The position numbers and the translations under genes are program-made. DNA of 64,000 bases from Candidatus Cloacimonadales bacterium (GTDB lineage Bacteria; Cloacimonadota; Cloacimonadia; Cloacimonadales; JAIOQZ01), in contig OY771587.1 in NCBI GenBank assembly GCA_963674825.1, positions 3,392,001 through 3,456,000 of the forward strand, read 5' to 3'. Every line of letters starts with the position of its first letter. The first letter of the stretch is position 1. This document shows, piece after piece, positions 28,593 to 38,058 of the stretch. The notes beneath the pieces are model-generated. The model ran no database searches and was not told the DNA's origin. It was given only the letters and a program-made list of their open reading frames with translations.

Positions 28593-29336
28593 CTATTCCG
28601 ACGAGATCTCCCTGATCACGACCGATGCAGCCCACATGCCCATAATAGCTGGTAGATAGCCCACAGTACCGAGCGTACCTCGTTTTCTGCCGCGATCGAC
28701 CTCCCATTCTGCTTCAGCACCTGCATCATGATCATGCTGAGCTTGGGGTATCTCGGCTGAATAGATAACGGGGATCCCTTTTTCGATACCGCGCCTTTTC
28801 AGGTACTTTCTCACGCGACGCGCGAGAGGGCAGTTGGTGGTCTTGCTCAGATCGCTCATGCGAATCTGGGCCGGGTCGAGCTTACCTCCAGCGCCCATAA
28901 CGGATATCACGGGAATTTTCAGGTTATAAGCGTCTTCGAGCAGGCCGGTCTTGGGTCCAAGGCTGTCGATGGCATCAATGATGTAGTCAAGCCCCGGCAA
29001 GATCTTTTCTCGCAGCGGTTGATCGCAGAAGTCTGTATAGCACTCGACGACTGCATCTGGGTTGATATCCAGGATGCGCTGCTTGAGCGCTTCGGTCTTA
29101 TACATGCCGATTGTGCTATGCAGCGCGGTTAATTGGCGATTGATATTGGATGGCTTGATGCGATCGAAATCGACGAGTACGAATCTGCTGATGCCGGTAC
29201 GGGCCAGCATTTCGACGGCATAAGTTCCGACCCCGCCCAAGCCCATTACACCGACGCTTGCATTATTGAGCTTATTTATTGCATCATTTCCAAGCAGTAG
29301 CGAAGTCCGTTGCCAGGCATCCGATGGTATGGTCAT
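28593..29336 (-). CDS. tcdA: tRNA threonylcarbamoyladenosine dehydratase (ThiF family)
   Basis: GLGGVG, DFD.IKPSNINRQ, DAIDS, SVMGAGGKLDP, PLARRVRK, YSAE. Confidence 0.9.
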   Translation of the reverse strand: MTIPSDAWQRTSLLLGNDAINKLNNASVGVMGLGGVGTYAVEMLARTGISRFVLVDFDRIKPSNINRQLTALHSTIGMYKTEALKQRILDINPDAVVECYTDFCDQPLREKILPGLDYIIDAIDSLGPKTGLLEDAYNLKIPVISVMGAGGKLDPAQIRMSDLSKTTNCPLARRVRKYLKRRGIEKGIPVIYSAEIPQAQHDHDAGAEAEWEVDRGRKRGTLGTVGYLPAIMGMWAASVVIREISSE

Positions 29337-30097
29337 ATTCCGTATAACTCCCTGAAATTCTTTCGTTGCGTTTCCATAATCGCTTGTAGCGGTGTATCGG
29401 TCAAGCTGGCGATTTGCTCAGCAATGTGGGGTAGATGCAGCGGTGTGAGTATGGTATCTGTAATGTAGTCAGGTTTCTGGTACGGTGCGTCGGTTTCAAG
29501 AAGGTAACATCCCGAACGAACGATCTCTCGCAGCGTATCAGTACGCGTCGAGCGGTTGGTTATCCTGCCTCCGAGTGAGACGAATAAACCAAGTTGCCGG
29601 TATTGCCGGAAAAGCTCGATGGAGCCATTGAAACCATGAACATAGCCCCGGATTCCGGGGAAGTCGTCGTGCAGGATGCGGTAGAGTTCGTTGTGGCGCT
29701 TCACGATATGGAAATGAACCGGTAAGCTATAATTCATTGCGAGTTCGAGCTGCATTTTTAGAAGTCTGACCTGATACTCGTGATTGGGTTTCCGCATATC
29801 AAGCCCAATCTCGCCAATCCCGATGACCGCCTTCTTCTCGCAAAGTTCTACCAACAGGTCAAAGTCATCGATTGAACTACGGTCATAATAAGGATGAATA
29901 CCCGCAGTCCAGCAGATATGGGCGTAATCGAGTCTGGCGTGGAAGTCATACTCGAATCTGCACAAAGCGGATGAGACCAGTCCTATTTGTGCTTCAGCAG
30001 CACACTTGATGATCATCGTAGCGTTTTCGATGAGTCTATCGTCGGCCAGATGGCAATGCGCGTCAATCCAGCCACTTTTGAATACTTCGTTGCTCAT
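29333..30097 (-). CDS. tatD: TatD family hydrolase
   Basis: IDAHCHL, GIHP, IGEIGLD, VHGFNGS, LLETDAPY; start MSNEVF at 30097. Confidence 0.9.
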   Translation of the reverse strand: MSNEVFKSGWIDAHCHLADDRLIENATMIIKCAAEAQIGLVSSALCRFEYDFHARLDYAHICWTAGIHPYYDRSSIDDFDLLVELCEKKAVIGIGEIGLDMRKPNHEYQVRLLKMQLELAMNYSLPVHFHIVKRHNELYRILHDDFPGIRGYVHGFNGSIELFRQYRQLGLFVSLGGRITNRSTRTDTLREIVRSGCYLLETDAPYQKPDYITDTILTPLHLPHIAEQIASLTDTPLQAIMETQRKNFRELYGI

Positions 30098-30141
30098 GTC
30101 GATCAATCCAATGGATTGTGCTACGGTTTGCAAGGAAAATC

Positions 30142-31995
30142 TCAGCGAGTGATGGTCTCCTTGAACGTGATAAGGTAAAATGGATGCTCCTGAGATGCTA
30201 CAGCCAGCGGAAAACAAGTCATTCGCAGCAACGTGTTATTGTGTTCAATTGAATGATGCAATTTTCGACCCTCTTTGTCGCAGCCGTTGATCATGGAGCA
30301 CAGTGAATCGCGTAGAGATATATCGATGATGTTATGGAGGTACGGAGGGTCGCCATTATTCGGCTTACCGAGATACTTTTCTCCACCGTTATATGCACAA
30401 ACCATGCGACCATCGTGTTCGACGAGGATCGAAGCAGGGTTCGTCTCGCGGAGTATCGCTTCCAGCAATGGACGATCGATTACCTCCATACCTGGAAATC
30501 TGAAAAATTCCTGGGGCGCTTCAACGGGTTGTTCTTCAACAGGCTTATCTTGAGGGACAGGCCGATAGACCTTCCATGATGGATCCACCGTCTCGAAGAG
30601 ATCACCTTCCTCGCCGGCATTCTCACCTGAGCCGAGAACAAGATAACCGTTGGGTTTCAATGACCCGTGGAGCTTCTCTAAAAGCTCTTGCTGTGTCACG
30701 TTTTTCAATGCGCGCATAAGGTAGCGGCACGCGATGAGGTCAATCTCCTGGATGGGCTTCTGGGTCAGGACGTTATGCTTCTGGAAAATGACGAGATTCC
30801 GAAGCTCCTCACCGACTTCGAAGCAACCATCTGCGTCCTGGAAATAGGTCAGCAAATAATCTTCATCCACATCTGCGATAATGCCTTCGGGATACGTACC
30901 TTTACGAGCTTCGTCCAGAGCTTTGGTATCGAGATCCGTGGCATAAAGAAGTACATCTCGTTCATTCTCCTGCATGGCTTCAAGAAGCAGTAACCCGAAG
31001 GAATAGGCTTCTTCGCCAGTGGAGCAGCCAATGACCCATACGCGAATCGGGTCCTTCTCACTTTTCGAATTGAAGATCTTGGGCAGGATTTCACTCTCGA
31101 TGTAATCGAATGCACCATAATCACGGAAAAACCTTGTGGTGGACATCAGAAAATCGTCGCGCAGGCTGGCAATCTCATCTTCGTTGCTCAGCAAAAACGC
31201 GACATATTCTTCCATATTCTTGCAATGGCACATGCTGATGCGCCGCTCGATCTTGCGTTCGAGAAATTGCGTTTTATAGCGGGAGAAATCGATTCCTTCG
31301 TGATCGAGTAGAATCTCTATAATGCGAGTAAACCAGTTCACGCCACGCTTCTTGTCGCTTTCATCAACAGCGCCCTGAAAGCCCTTGCGCTCTTCGACGT
31401 ATTGAATCAAGTACAATGGCATCTCCTGAGGTGCAAGCACGTAGTCAACATGTCCTTTTGCCGAGATACTGCATGGTAGTTCCTGCATGGCTGCACAAGA
31501 GCTTTCATTCACCATAATCATGCCGCCATTTGCTTTGATCGCATTGCAACCTTGAGTTCCGTTACAGGTATCTTCAGAAAAGAGAATGGAAATGGCTTTC
31601 TCACCAAAATTCTCGGCAAGAGAGCGGAAGAAATAGTCGATGGGGTGGAGGGTCTCTTTATTCTCGGTGTCCGGCAGGACTTTGAAGCGATTTCCTTCGA
31701 TTGTTGGAGTCTCATCAGGCTGAACAAGGTAGAAGTGATCCGGCTTGATTTCAACGCCATCTTCAATGGTTACAACGCGTTTCGCGCTGAACTTACCCAA
31801 CAGGTCAATCATGATGCTTTTATGGTTTTGCAGAAATGGTTGTAGCAAAACGTATGATATACCCGTTTCAACAGGCAATTCTTTTACGAATGTCTCAAGA
31901 TGATCGATACATTGATCGGAAGCACCAATTCCGACAAGGTACATATCATGATTAATAAGTTTCAGGCTTTCTCCGCCTGAACCCGATTGATCCAT
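30142..31995 (-). CDS. CheB-like/CheR fusion protein with a C-terminal PAS-like region; the CheB part is degenerate
   Basis: VGIGAS, HPIDYFFRSLA (CheB); GIDFSRYK, TRFFRD, GCSTGEEAYS, ATDLD (CheR). Confidence 0.88.
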   Translation of the reverse strand: MDQSGSGGESLKLINHDMYLVGIGASDQCIDHLETFVKELPVETGISYVLLQPFLQNHKSIMIDLLGKFSAKRVVTIEDGVEIKPDHFYLVQPDETPTIEGNRFKVLPDTENKETLHPIDYFFRSLAENFGEKAISILFSEDTCNGTQGCNAIKANGGMIMVNESSCAAMQELPCSISAKGHVDYVLAPQEMPLYLIQYVEERKGFQGAVDESDKKRGVNWFTRIIEILLDHEGIDFSRYKTQFLERKIERRISMCHCKNMEEYVAFLLSNEDEIASLRDDFLMSTTRFFRDYGAFDYIESEILPKIFNSKSEKDPIRVWVIGCSTGEEAYSFGLLLLEAMQENERDVLLYATDLDTKALDEARKGTYPEGIIADVDEDYLLTYFQDADGCFEVGEELRNLVIFQKHNVLTQKPIQEIDLIACRYLMRALKNVTQQELLEKLHGSLKPNGYLVLGSGENAGEEGDLFETVDPSWKVYRPVPQDKPVEEQPVEAPQEFFRFPGMEVIDRPLLEAILRETNPASILVEHDGRMVCAYNGGEKYLGKPNNGDPPYLHNIIDISLRDSLCSMINGCDKEGRKLHHSIEHNNTLLRMTCFPLAVASQEHPFYLITFKETITR

Positions 31996-32026
31996 TAAAC
32001 CTCCCGGCTACAAACGATACACAGAA

Positions 32027-32054
32027 ATGATACTGAAAAAAGCCGGGATGTCAA
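32027..32054 (-). promoter_or_regulatory. Putative sigma70-like promoter for cheBR-tatD-tcdA
   Basis: TTGACA-16 nt-TATCAT on the minus strand, about 30 nt upstream of the ATG. Confidence 0.55.
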
Positions 32055-32087
32055 ACGCAGACAGGTGATTACGTGTGTGTTTTTTGT

Positions 32088-32126
32088 AAAGAAAGCGGGG
32101 AACATTTTTATATCTATGTTCCCCGC
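32088..32126 (-). terminator. Intrinsic terminator after the PEPCK gene
   Basis: Perfect 11-bp stem GCGGGGAACAT (32095-32105)/ATGTTCCCCGC (32116-32126), followed by TTTCTTT on the minus strand. Confidence 0.85.
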
Positions 32127-32176
32127 AGCAATTTACTCTAGTAGATTAAAATCGGACTTTTGTAAATGAATCAAAT

Positions 32177-33913
32177 TCATTTGTCGAAAGTCGTTTGAAG
32201 TACACGCTCGAGATTGCTCAGAAGATACGGTTTCTGCGTGAGATCGGAGGCTACCAGGAACTGACGTCTCTGTGCAAAACGGTCGCGAATCAGATGATTG
32301 TAATCATCGATATTTTCGCGTGTGCGTGGGTTATAGCGATCATAATATCCCGGAAGCGCTTTCTCGATCGATTCCCTTGTCGGAATCATGATTCCAGGGA
32401 TCGCTCCCCATTCTTCCCACTCGAGCTGATCGGTGAGGATCAGCGTCTGGAGCATGAGAGAGGTCTTGAGCGGAATGGATTCCAGAACTTCTTCTGAAGT
32501 CTTCCAGTAACCTCGGGAGTTGAACGCATATACATCAGCACCGGCATCGATTACGTTCAGGAAAGCTTCAACGTCTTTATAGAGTTCATAAACGCGGAAC
32601 GGATTTGCGAAAGGCTCGAAGACCAGTTTCTTGAGTTCTTCTTCGGTAACGTTCTCGGCGCGGTTACGCTTGGTGATGAGCGAAGCACCCATCGCGACAG
32701 CGAGATGACGGTCGCTGAACTTAACAACCGGCGGCAGGATGACGTCTTTCATCAGCCAACAGAGCGCTTGCGGGAAAGAGCAGCGGTTGACGTAGTCACC
32801 GAGGAGGTCGCGGTCGAGCAGCGCTCTTCCATTACCCTGGCGAAGGTCAAGACCGACGGGAACGTTCTTGCCATTGATATTGATGACGGCGTGGTTCATG
32901 AGGCTGATAGCGTATTTCCAGTCCGGGTGATCAGGCGGACGACTATCGGTTTTGTCGAAGAGAGAGGGTTCCCATACACGGCAGACTTTTTCTTCGGTAT
33001 CAATCTGGAAAGCGTCGTCGTGAAGCACCACTTTTTTAAAGCCTTCAGGAAGGGTTCCGCCGTTGTCGTGGCTATTGGTGTGCGATGACTTTCCGGTTCC
33101 TGAGAGCCCGTAGAAAGCGATAGAACGTTTACCGAGTTTGTGGTATTGCTCTTCGACGCAATTCGTAAAATCGATTTCCTTTATACCACCATGGCAGGCA
33201 GCCATTCCGAGACGCATACCGGAAGTCCATGCCAGGGTGAGAGTACCTTTCTTGCGTTCGCCAAAATAGCGCATGCCGAGGTTGAAGATCACATTGTGTT
33301 TCTCATCGACAAGTGCGAGCTGCGGTGCACCTACATTGTGATAGTAAGAATCGTTGCATGTCCATTCGTTGAATGAAACAAGGATGATGTCCTGAATGGG
33401 GAGAACCCTGCTGTTTTCGTACTTCTCAGCGATTTCGGTATAGGGCTGGAAATTAACGAGCCAGTTGAACACATTCATGGCATCGGATTCGGTTGTGATA
33501 AAATGAGCTTTAATCATCAGGTCGCCATCCAGGCCGAGAACACCCTCGGCGCGGATGAGTTTCTGTTGTTCGAGCTGGAACATTGCTTCGCGAAGATCGC
33601 CTTCGACCTTGTTGCGCTCCACTTCGTCCATGCGGTTGTAAAAGCGGCGTGCTTTCGCCGTACGTCCGATGATCTTTCCGTGGCAGTCATCGAGAACTTT
33701 CGCGCCCTTGGGCAGGCCGAGAACTTCTGCTGCCTGCGGATATATTTCAAGATCCGTCTCGAAAACCCCAGGCTGCTTGAGTGCGAGTTCATACGCTTCC
33801 GCGGTTGTTACTTTTCGCACTTTAGGGTTCCATAAAACTGTCTCGGCAATTGCTCTTACTCGTGAAATTTGTGATAGTTCGGTGTAGAACTCAAAACTTG
33901 ACTTGCTGGCCAT
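32177..33913 (-). CDS. pckA: Phosphoenolpyruvate carboxykinase (ATP) family
   Basis: YFGERKKG, ACHGG, P-loop FYGLSGTGKS, VLHDDA, NGR, FANPF; GGAGG RBS before ATG 33916/33913. Confidence 0.85.
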   Translation of the reverse strand: MASKSSFEFYTELSQISRVRAIAETVLWNPKVRKVTTAEAYELALKQPGVFETDLEIYPQAAEVLGLPKGAKVLDDCHGKIIGRTAKARRFYNRMDEVERNKVEGDLREAMFQLEQQKLIRAEGVLGLDGDLMIKAHFITTESDAMNVFNWLVNFQPYTEIAEKYENSRVLPIQDIILVSFNEWTCNDSYYHNVGAPQLALVDEKHNVIFNLGMRYFGERKKGTLTLAWTSGMRLGMAACHGGIKEIDFTNCVEEQYHKLGKRSIAFYGLSGTGKSSHTNSHDNGGTLPEGFKKVVLHDDAFQIDTEEKVCRVWEPSLFDKTDSRPPDHPDWKYAISLMNHAVININGKNVPVGLDLRQGNGRALLDRDLLGDYVNRCSFPQALCWLMKDVILPPVVKFSDRHLAVAMGASLITKRNRAENVTEEELKKLVFEPFANPFRVYELYKDVEAFLNVIDAGADVYAFNSRGYWKTSEEVLESIPLKTSLMLQTLILTDQLEWEEWGAIPGIMIPTRESIEKALPGYYDRYNPRTRENIDDYNHLIRDRFAQRRQFLVASDLTQKPYLLSNLERVLQTTFDK

Positions 33914-34196
33914 CATTCCTCCGATTTTGAATAATGAAAGGTGCAATAGATTGAACTCCAATCGATTTAGTCAATAGATTTCATTCCAGCACAAAGCTTC
34001 TCAATATGGTCAACATTGTGTGGTGCTTGGAAATGATCAGGAGGTTATCGGGAGATCTTATTGTAATTTATGTTATAACAGCAATTTCCATTCAGATTAG
34101 TATTCACTATTTCGACACAAACCGTCTACCGCATACTGCAAGAATGACTTACCGGGTCGAGATTTTTTTTCCGCAAGGAAAAGCAGTTTGTCTGAA

Positions 34197-35453
34197 CTAC
34201 TCGGAAAGGTATTGTTTTACGAACTCGATCTCGTCCTGTTTCGTAACAATTTCTCCATCGATACGCTTCGCGTAGAGTAAATCGAGCAGCCTTCCCAGTT
34301 CAGGTCCGAGCTCAATACCAAGCTCCAGCAGGTCACCGCCGTTTAGCTGCACCATGATGTTCCGATTCGTTTGGATATAGTCCAGAATCACTTCGAAGCC
34401 ATGCCGGCTGAAGAGGTAAAGGAGTGTTTCGGGTTCGAGAGTGCGTAATTGGAGCGAAATATCGCCTTCGGTGCGGTCATCCCAGGCGTCGGGATAGAGC
34501 AGGCAGGAGGCTTCCAGCTTACGGGTTTCCCGCGCAAATATGCCCGGCATGCGGAGTTTGCTGGAGATTCTATCTCGTGATTTCTCCGGCAAATCTGCTG
34601 TGAGGGCGATCATATAGGGCAGCCAGTTTTTCCACTCCCTATCTGCGAACTCTTTCCTGAAGCTGTCTTCGAATACCGATACATCCTCGAGATTCTCTTC
34701 GGTTTCTTCGTCCATATCCAGATCACGATCGATGTGACGTAAGATATCATGTTCCTGTAGGCCAATGAAGTACAAGAACGGCGCGGTCTCTTTGCAGCCT
34801 TTCTGGATATCCTGGAAGATGCGCTCGCCGGACACTGTGTTGAGGGCGTTACCCTGAACAGCCTGATCGAGGAGATGAATAGTCTCATTTTCGATGTCGA
34901 AGTCGAATCGCTGTGCAAAGCGGATACAGCGCAGCACGCGGGTGGGGTCGTCGAGAAAGCTTCTGTCGTGCAGGATGCGAATGATCCCCTGTTGCAGGTC
35001 AAACAATCCCTCGAAGGGATCCAGGAGTTTGCCGAAATCCTCCGCGTTGAGCGACATCGCCATGGAGTTGATGGTGAAATCGCGGCGATGGAGATCGTTT
35101 CGCAGGGTTGAGTTTTTTACCATGGGCAACGAGCCTGGAACCGGATAGGCCTCAGTTCGTGCAGTGGCGACGTCGATTCGGATCTGGTCGGTTGTGATCA
35201 TGGTAGCGGTTCCGAACTTTGGGAAGCTGTAGTAAGTTCCGCCAAACTCATTCACGTAGCTCTTGGCAAAATCGATGCCGATGCCTTCTACGGTTATATC
35301 GATATCAGAGAGATCGCGCTGAAGTATGAGGTCGCGTACGATACCACCAACAGCGTAGGTTCGCATATCGATGCTGGCTCCGTGAGAGCCGAGTTTCTCA
35401 AGCAATTCCAGCGTTTTTTCCGGGATCAGATCAAGCAGGTATCCTCTATGCAT
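34197..35453 (-). CDS. Class II tRNA nucleotidyltransferase (CCA- or A-adding type), no HD or CBS domain
   Basis: VGGIVRD, DIDI, DVATARTE.Y, DLHRRDFTIN, SFLDDPTR.LR.IRF. Confidence 0.88.
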   Translation of the reverse strand: MHRGYLLDLIPEKTLELLEKLGSHGASIDMRTYAVGGIVRDLILQRDLSDIDITVEGIGIDFAKSYVNEFGGTYYSFPKFGTATMITTDQIRIDVATARTEAYPVPGSLPMVKNSTLRNDLHRRDFTINSMAMSLNAEDFGKLLDPFEGLFDLQQGIIRILHDRSFLDDPTRVLRCIRFAQRFDFDIENETIHLLDQAVQGNALNTVSGERIFQDIQKGCKETAPFLYFIGLQEHDILRHIDRDLDMDEETEENLEDVSVFEDSFRKEFADREWKNWLPYMIALTADLPEKSRDRISSKLRMPGIFARETRKLEASCLLYPDAWDDRTEGDISLQLRTLEPETLLYLFSRHGFEVILDYIQTNRNIMVQLNGGDLLELGIELGPELGRLLDLLYAKRIDGEIVTKQDEIEFVKQYLSE

Positions 35454-36216
35454 AATACAACATCTTTTCGAGTATCTCCAGCGATTTCAGGTTAAAATGC
35501 GTGTGTATATTCTCTTCCGCATGCAAACGCAGAATACGATTCATTGTGCGAAAAACGTTAGCCGGTATCTCCAGTTCGTCAAGGAATTTACCGATAACCG
35601 GCATTTTCTGCAACAAATGTGCGGTATCTGTATCGATCCGGATGATGTAATCCTCCATTGCGGGATTTTGGCATGATACGCAGACCAGGCCGTGACGTCG
35701 CGGGAAATACGCGGCCGCTTCGATATTCTCGCGATCACAGAGCACACATTGTTCCAGATCGAGAGGAATTCCCAGTAAACGATAAGCAGCCAACATGAAG
35801 CGCCAGTAAATGAGGACTGCGCCTTCTCGATGCTCCACAATATAGCTCAGGAACCGTGTGAGAAGCTCGTAGAAGTCCTCCGAATCCACTTCGTGAATCA
35901 GGATTTGCAGGATCGATTCGAACGCTGCCTGGATCACCGTATTGGTAACCGGGTCGGCGTGGTAATTGGCGATGAAAGCGCCGGAACGGAAATACCACCA
36001 CTTCGAATCCGGCGTTTTATAGAGCGTCAGTTCGAGTTGGTTATTCGGTTCCAGCAATCCGATGAGCTTGCTCTGATTTTTGCGCGCGCCTTTGGCGATA
36101 ATGGGAATCAGTCCAAGATTCTTCGTCAGGACATCCATCATCACGCTGGTTTCGCGTAATGGCATCCTGCGAAGGATAACGCCTTCGGTTACATACAGCC
36201 GGTTCCGATCGTCCAT
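35446..36216 (-). CDS. recO: DNA repair protein RecO
   Basis: EGVILRR...ETS..LT...G....AKGARK N-terminus; CVLC...CVSC zinc finger. Confidence 0.9.
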   Translation of the reverse strand: MDDRNRLYVTEGVILRRMPLRETSVMMDVLTKNLGLIPIIAKGARKNQSKLIGLLEPNNQLELTLYKTPDSKWWYFRSGAFIANYHADPVTNTVIQAAFESILQILIHEVDSEDFYELLTRFLSYIVEHREGAVLIYWRFMLAAYRLLGIPLDLEQCVLCDRENIEAAAYFPRRHGLVCVSCQNPAMEDYIIRIDTDTAHLLQKMPVIGKFLDELEIPANVFRTMNRILRLHAEENIHTHFNLKSLEILEKMLYYA

Positions 36217-36217
36217 C

Positions 36218-38056
36218 CTATTCGACGGTGACGCTTTTCGCCAGGTTTCGCGGCTGATCTACGTCCAAGCCTCGTTCACGAGCTACGTGATATGCGAGAA
36301 GCTGCATGGGGATCACCGAAAGCAGCGGTTGCAGGACGGGGATCGTAGTCGGAATACGAATCACACCCTCGGAAATCTTCTCCATATTGGTATCATTCTC
36401 GCTGACGATGGTGAAGAGCCGTCCGTTGCGCGCCTTTACTTCCTGCAGGTTGGAATAAATCTTGTCGTAGAGGAAGTCGTTCATGGCGATGGCGATAACG
36501 GGCATGTTATCGTCTATGAGTGCGATAGGGCCGTGTTTCATCTCGGCTGCGGGATAGCCTTCGGCGTGGATGTAGCTGATTTCTTTAAGCTTCAGCGCAC
36601 CTTCGAGCGCGACCGGGTAGTGAACACCGCGTCCGAGGTAGAGGGCGTTAGTGGTGTCCTTGATGGAGCAGGCGATCTGCCGTATATGTTCATCCATATC
36701 GAGGATTTGCTGAATCTTCTCGGGGATTTTCTTGAGTTCGGTGATGATCTCGGAACCGTCACCCGGTGAGAGGTGGTGCATTCTTCCGAGGAGCAGACCG
36801 AGTAGGGTTAAAACGGTTACCTGAGAGGTGAACGCCTTGGTCGAGGCTACGCCAATCTCTGTTCCGGCGTGGATATAGACGCCGCCGTCCGATTCGCGAG
36901 CGATGGTGCTGCCAACGGTGTTGGTAATGCCGAGTACACGTGCACCGCGCGCCTTTGCTTCACGCATAGCTGCGAGCGTGTCGGCGGTCTCGCCAGACTG
37001 GCTGATCACGAAGACAAGCGTTCTTTCCGGGATGATCGGGTTGCGATAGCGGTATTCGCCGGCATATTCCACCCAACAGGGGATGCGTGCCAGATCTTCG
37101 ATCACATAACTTCCGATGAGCCCTGCATGCCAGGATGTACCGCAGGCGATGAGATGTAATTGCCGTATGTTTTTAAGCTCGTCCGGACGCATGGCAAGTC
37201 CACCCAAGCGTGCGCTGGACAGGCTCTCGACAAGCCGACCGCGGAATGCGTTGGCAACCGATGTGGGCTGCTCGTGGATCTCCTTGAGCATGAAGTGCTC
37301 GTATTCGCCCTTCTCAATGGAGGAGAGATCCCATTCGACTTCCGAGACTTCCGCGGTTACAGGTTCTAGATCCATTGTGGTGATCTCGAAGCGATCCCGG
37401 TTGATCGTGACAATCTCGTTATCCTGCAGGTAGATAACTTTCTTCGTGTGGATGATGATCGCGCTGACGTCCGATGACACGAAAAATTCATCACTGCCGA
37501 TTCCGAGGATCAGCGGACTGCCCTTACGGGCAGCGATGATTTTGTCCGGGTAGTCGCGATGCAGCACAGCGATACCGTAGGTACCTTCCACAAGCTTCAG
37601 AGTGCGGCGCACTGCTTCGGTGAGGTTCTGGGTTTTCTTGCAGAAATGTGCGATGAGGTGTGCGAGGACTTCCGTATCGGTCTCTGAGATGAACTCGCAG
37701 CCTTTCTTGCCCAAAAAGGTGCGCAAATTTTTGTAGTTTTCGATGATGCCATTGTGCACCACCGCAATTTTCTTTTCCATGTCCCAGTGCGGATGGGCGT
37801 TGACTTCGTTGGGTTCGCCGTGGGTCGCCCAGCGGGTGTGGGCGATACCGATGCTGCCGATCGTCTCGGTGGGAGCGGGAAGCGAGCGTTCCAGCTCGAT
37901 GATCTTGCCCTGTTTTTTAAAAATCTTCAGCTCGTTCTGTGGACTGATAATCGCAGCGCCTGAGCTGTCGTAGCCACGGTATTCGAGCCGCTTGATTCCT
38001 TCTATAATGATCGGCATGGCCGTTCTGTTACCGATGTAACCAACAATACCACACAT
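36218..38056 (-). CDS. glmS: Glutamine-fructose-6-phosphate transaminase
   Basis: Start MCGIVG (ATG 38056); LEYRGYDS, HTRWATHG, SQSGETADT, C-terminal PRNLAKSVTVE. Confidence 0.98.
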   Translation of the reverse strand: MCGIVGYIGNRTAMPIIIEGIKRLEYRGYDSSGAAIISPQNELKIFKKQGKIIELERSLPAPTETIGSIGIAHTRWATHGEPNEVNAHPHWDMEKKIAVVHNGIIENYKNLRTFLGKKGCEFISETDTEVLAHLIAHFCKKTQNLTEAVRRTLKLVEGTYGIAVLHRDYPDKIIAARKGSPLILGIGSDEFFVSSDVSAIIIHTKKVIYLQDNEIVTINRDRFEITTMDLEPVTAEVSEVEWDLSSIEKGEYEHFMLKEIHEQPTSVANAFRGRLVESLSSARLGGLAMRPDELKNIRQLHLIACGTSWHAGLIGSYVIEDLARIPCWVEYAGEYRYRNPIIPERTLVFVISQSGETADTLAAMREAKARGARVLGITNTVGSTIARESDGGVYIHAGTEIGVASTKAFTSQVTVLTLLGLLLGRMHHLSPGDGSEIITELKKIPEKIQQILDMDEHIRQIACSIKDTTNALYLGRGVHYPVALEGALKLKEISYIHAEGYPAAEMKHGPIALIDDNMPVIAIAMNDFLYDKIYSNLQEVKARNGRLFTIVSENDTNMEKISEGVIRIPTTIPVLQPLLSVIPMQLLAYHVARERGLDVDQPRNLAKSVTVE

Positions 38057-38058
38057 AG

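Noticed and set aside
30100..30144. TGA read-through or frameshift extending CheB-CheR into a kinase
   Set aside because: The downstream sequence is tatD, starting about 45 nt later; there is no kinase-coding sequence and no evident SECIS-like hairpin.
33981..34036. Imperfect inverted repeat upstream of pckA as a riboswitch
   Set aside because: The pairing needs several bulges and no known aptamer motif was recognised.
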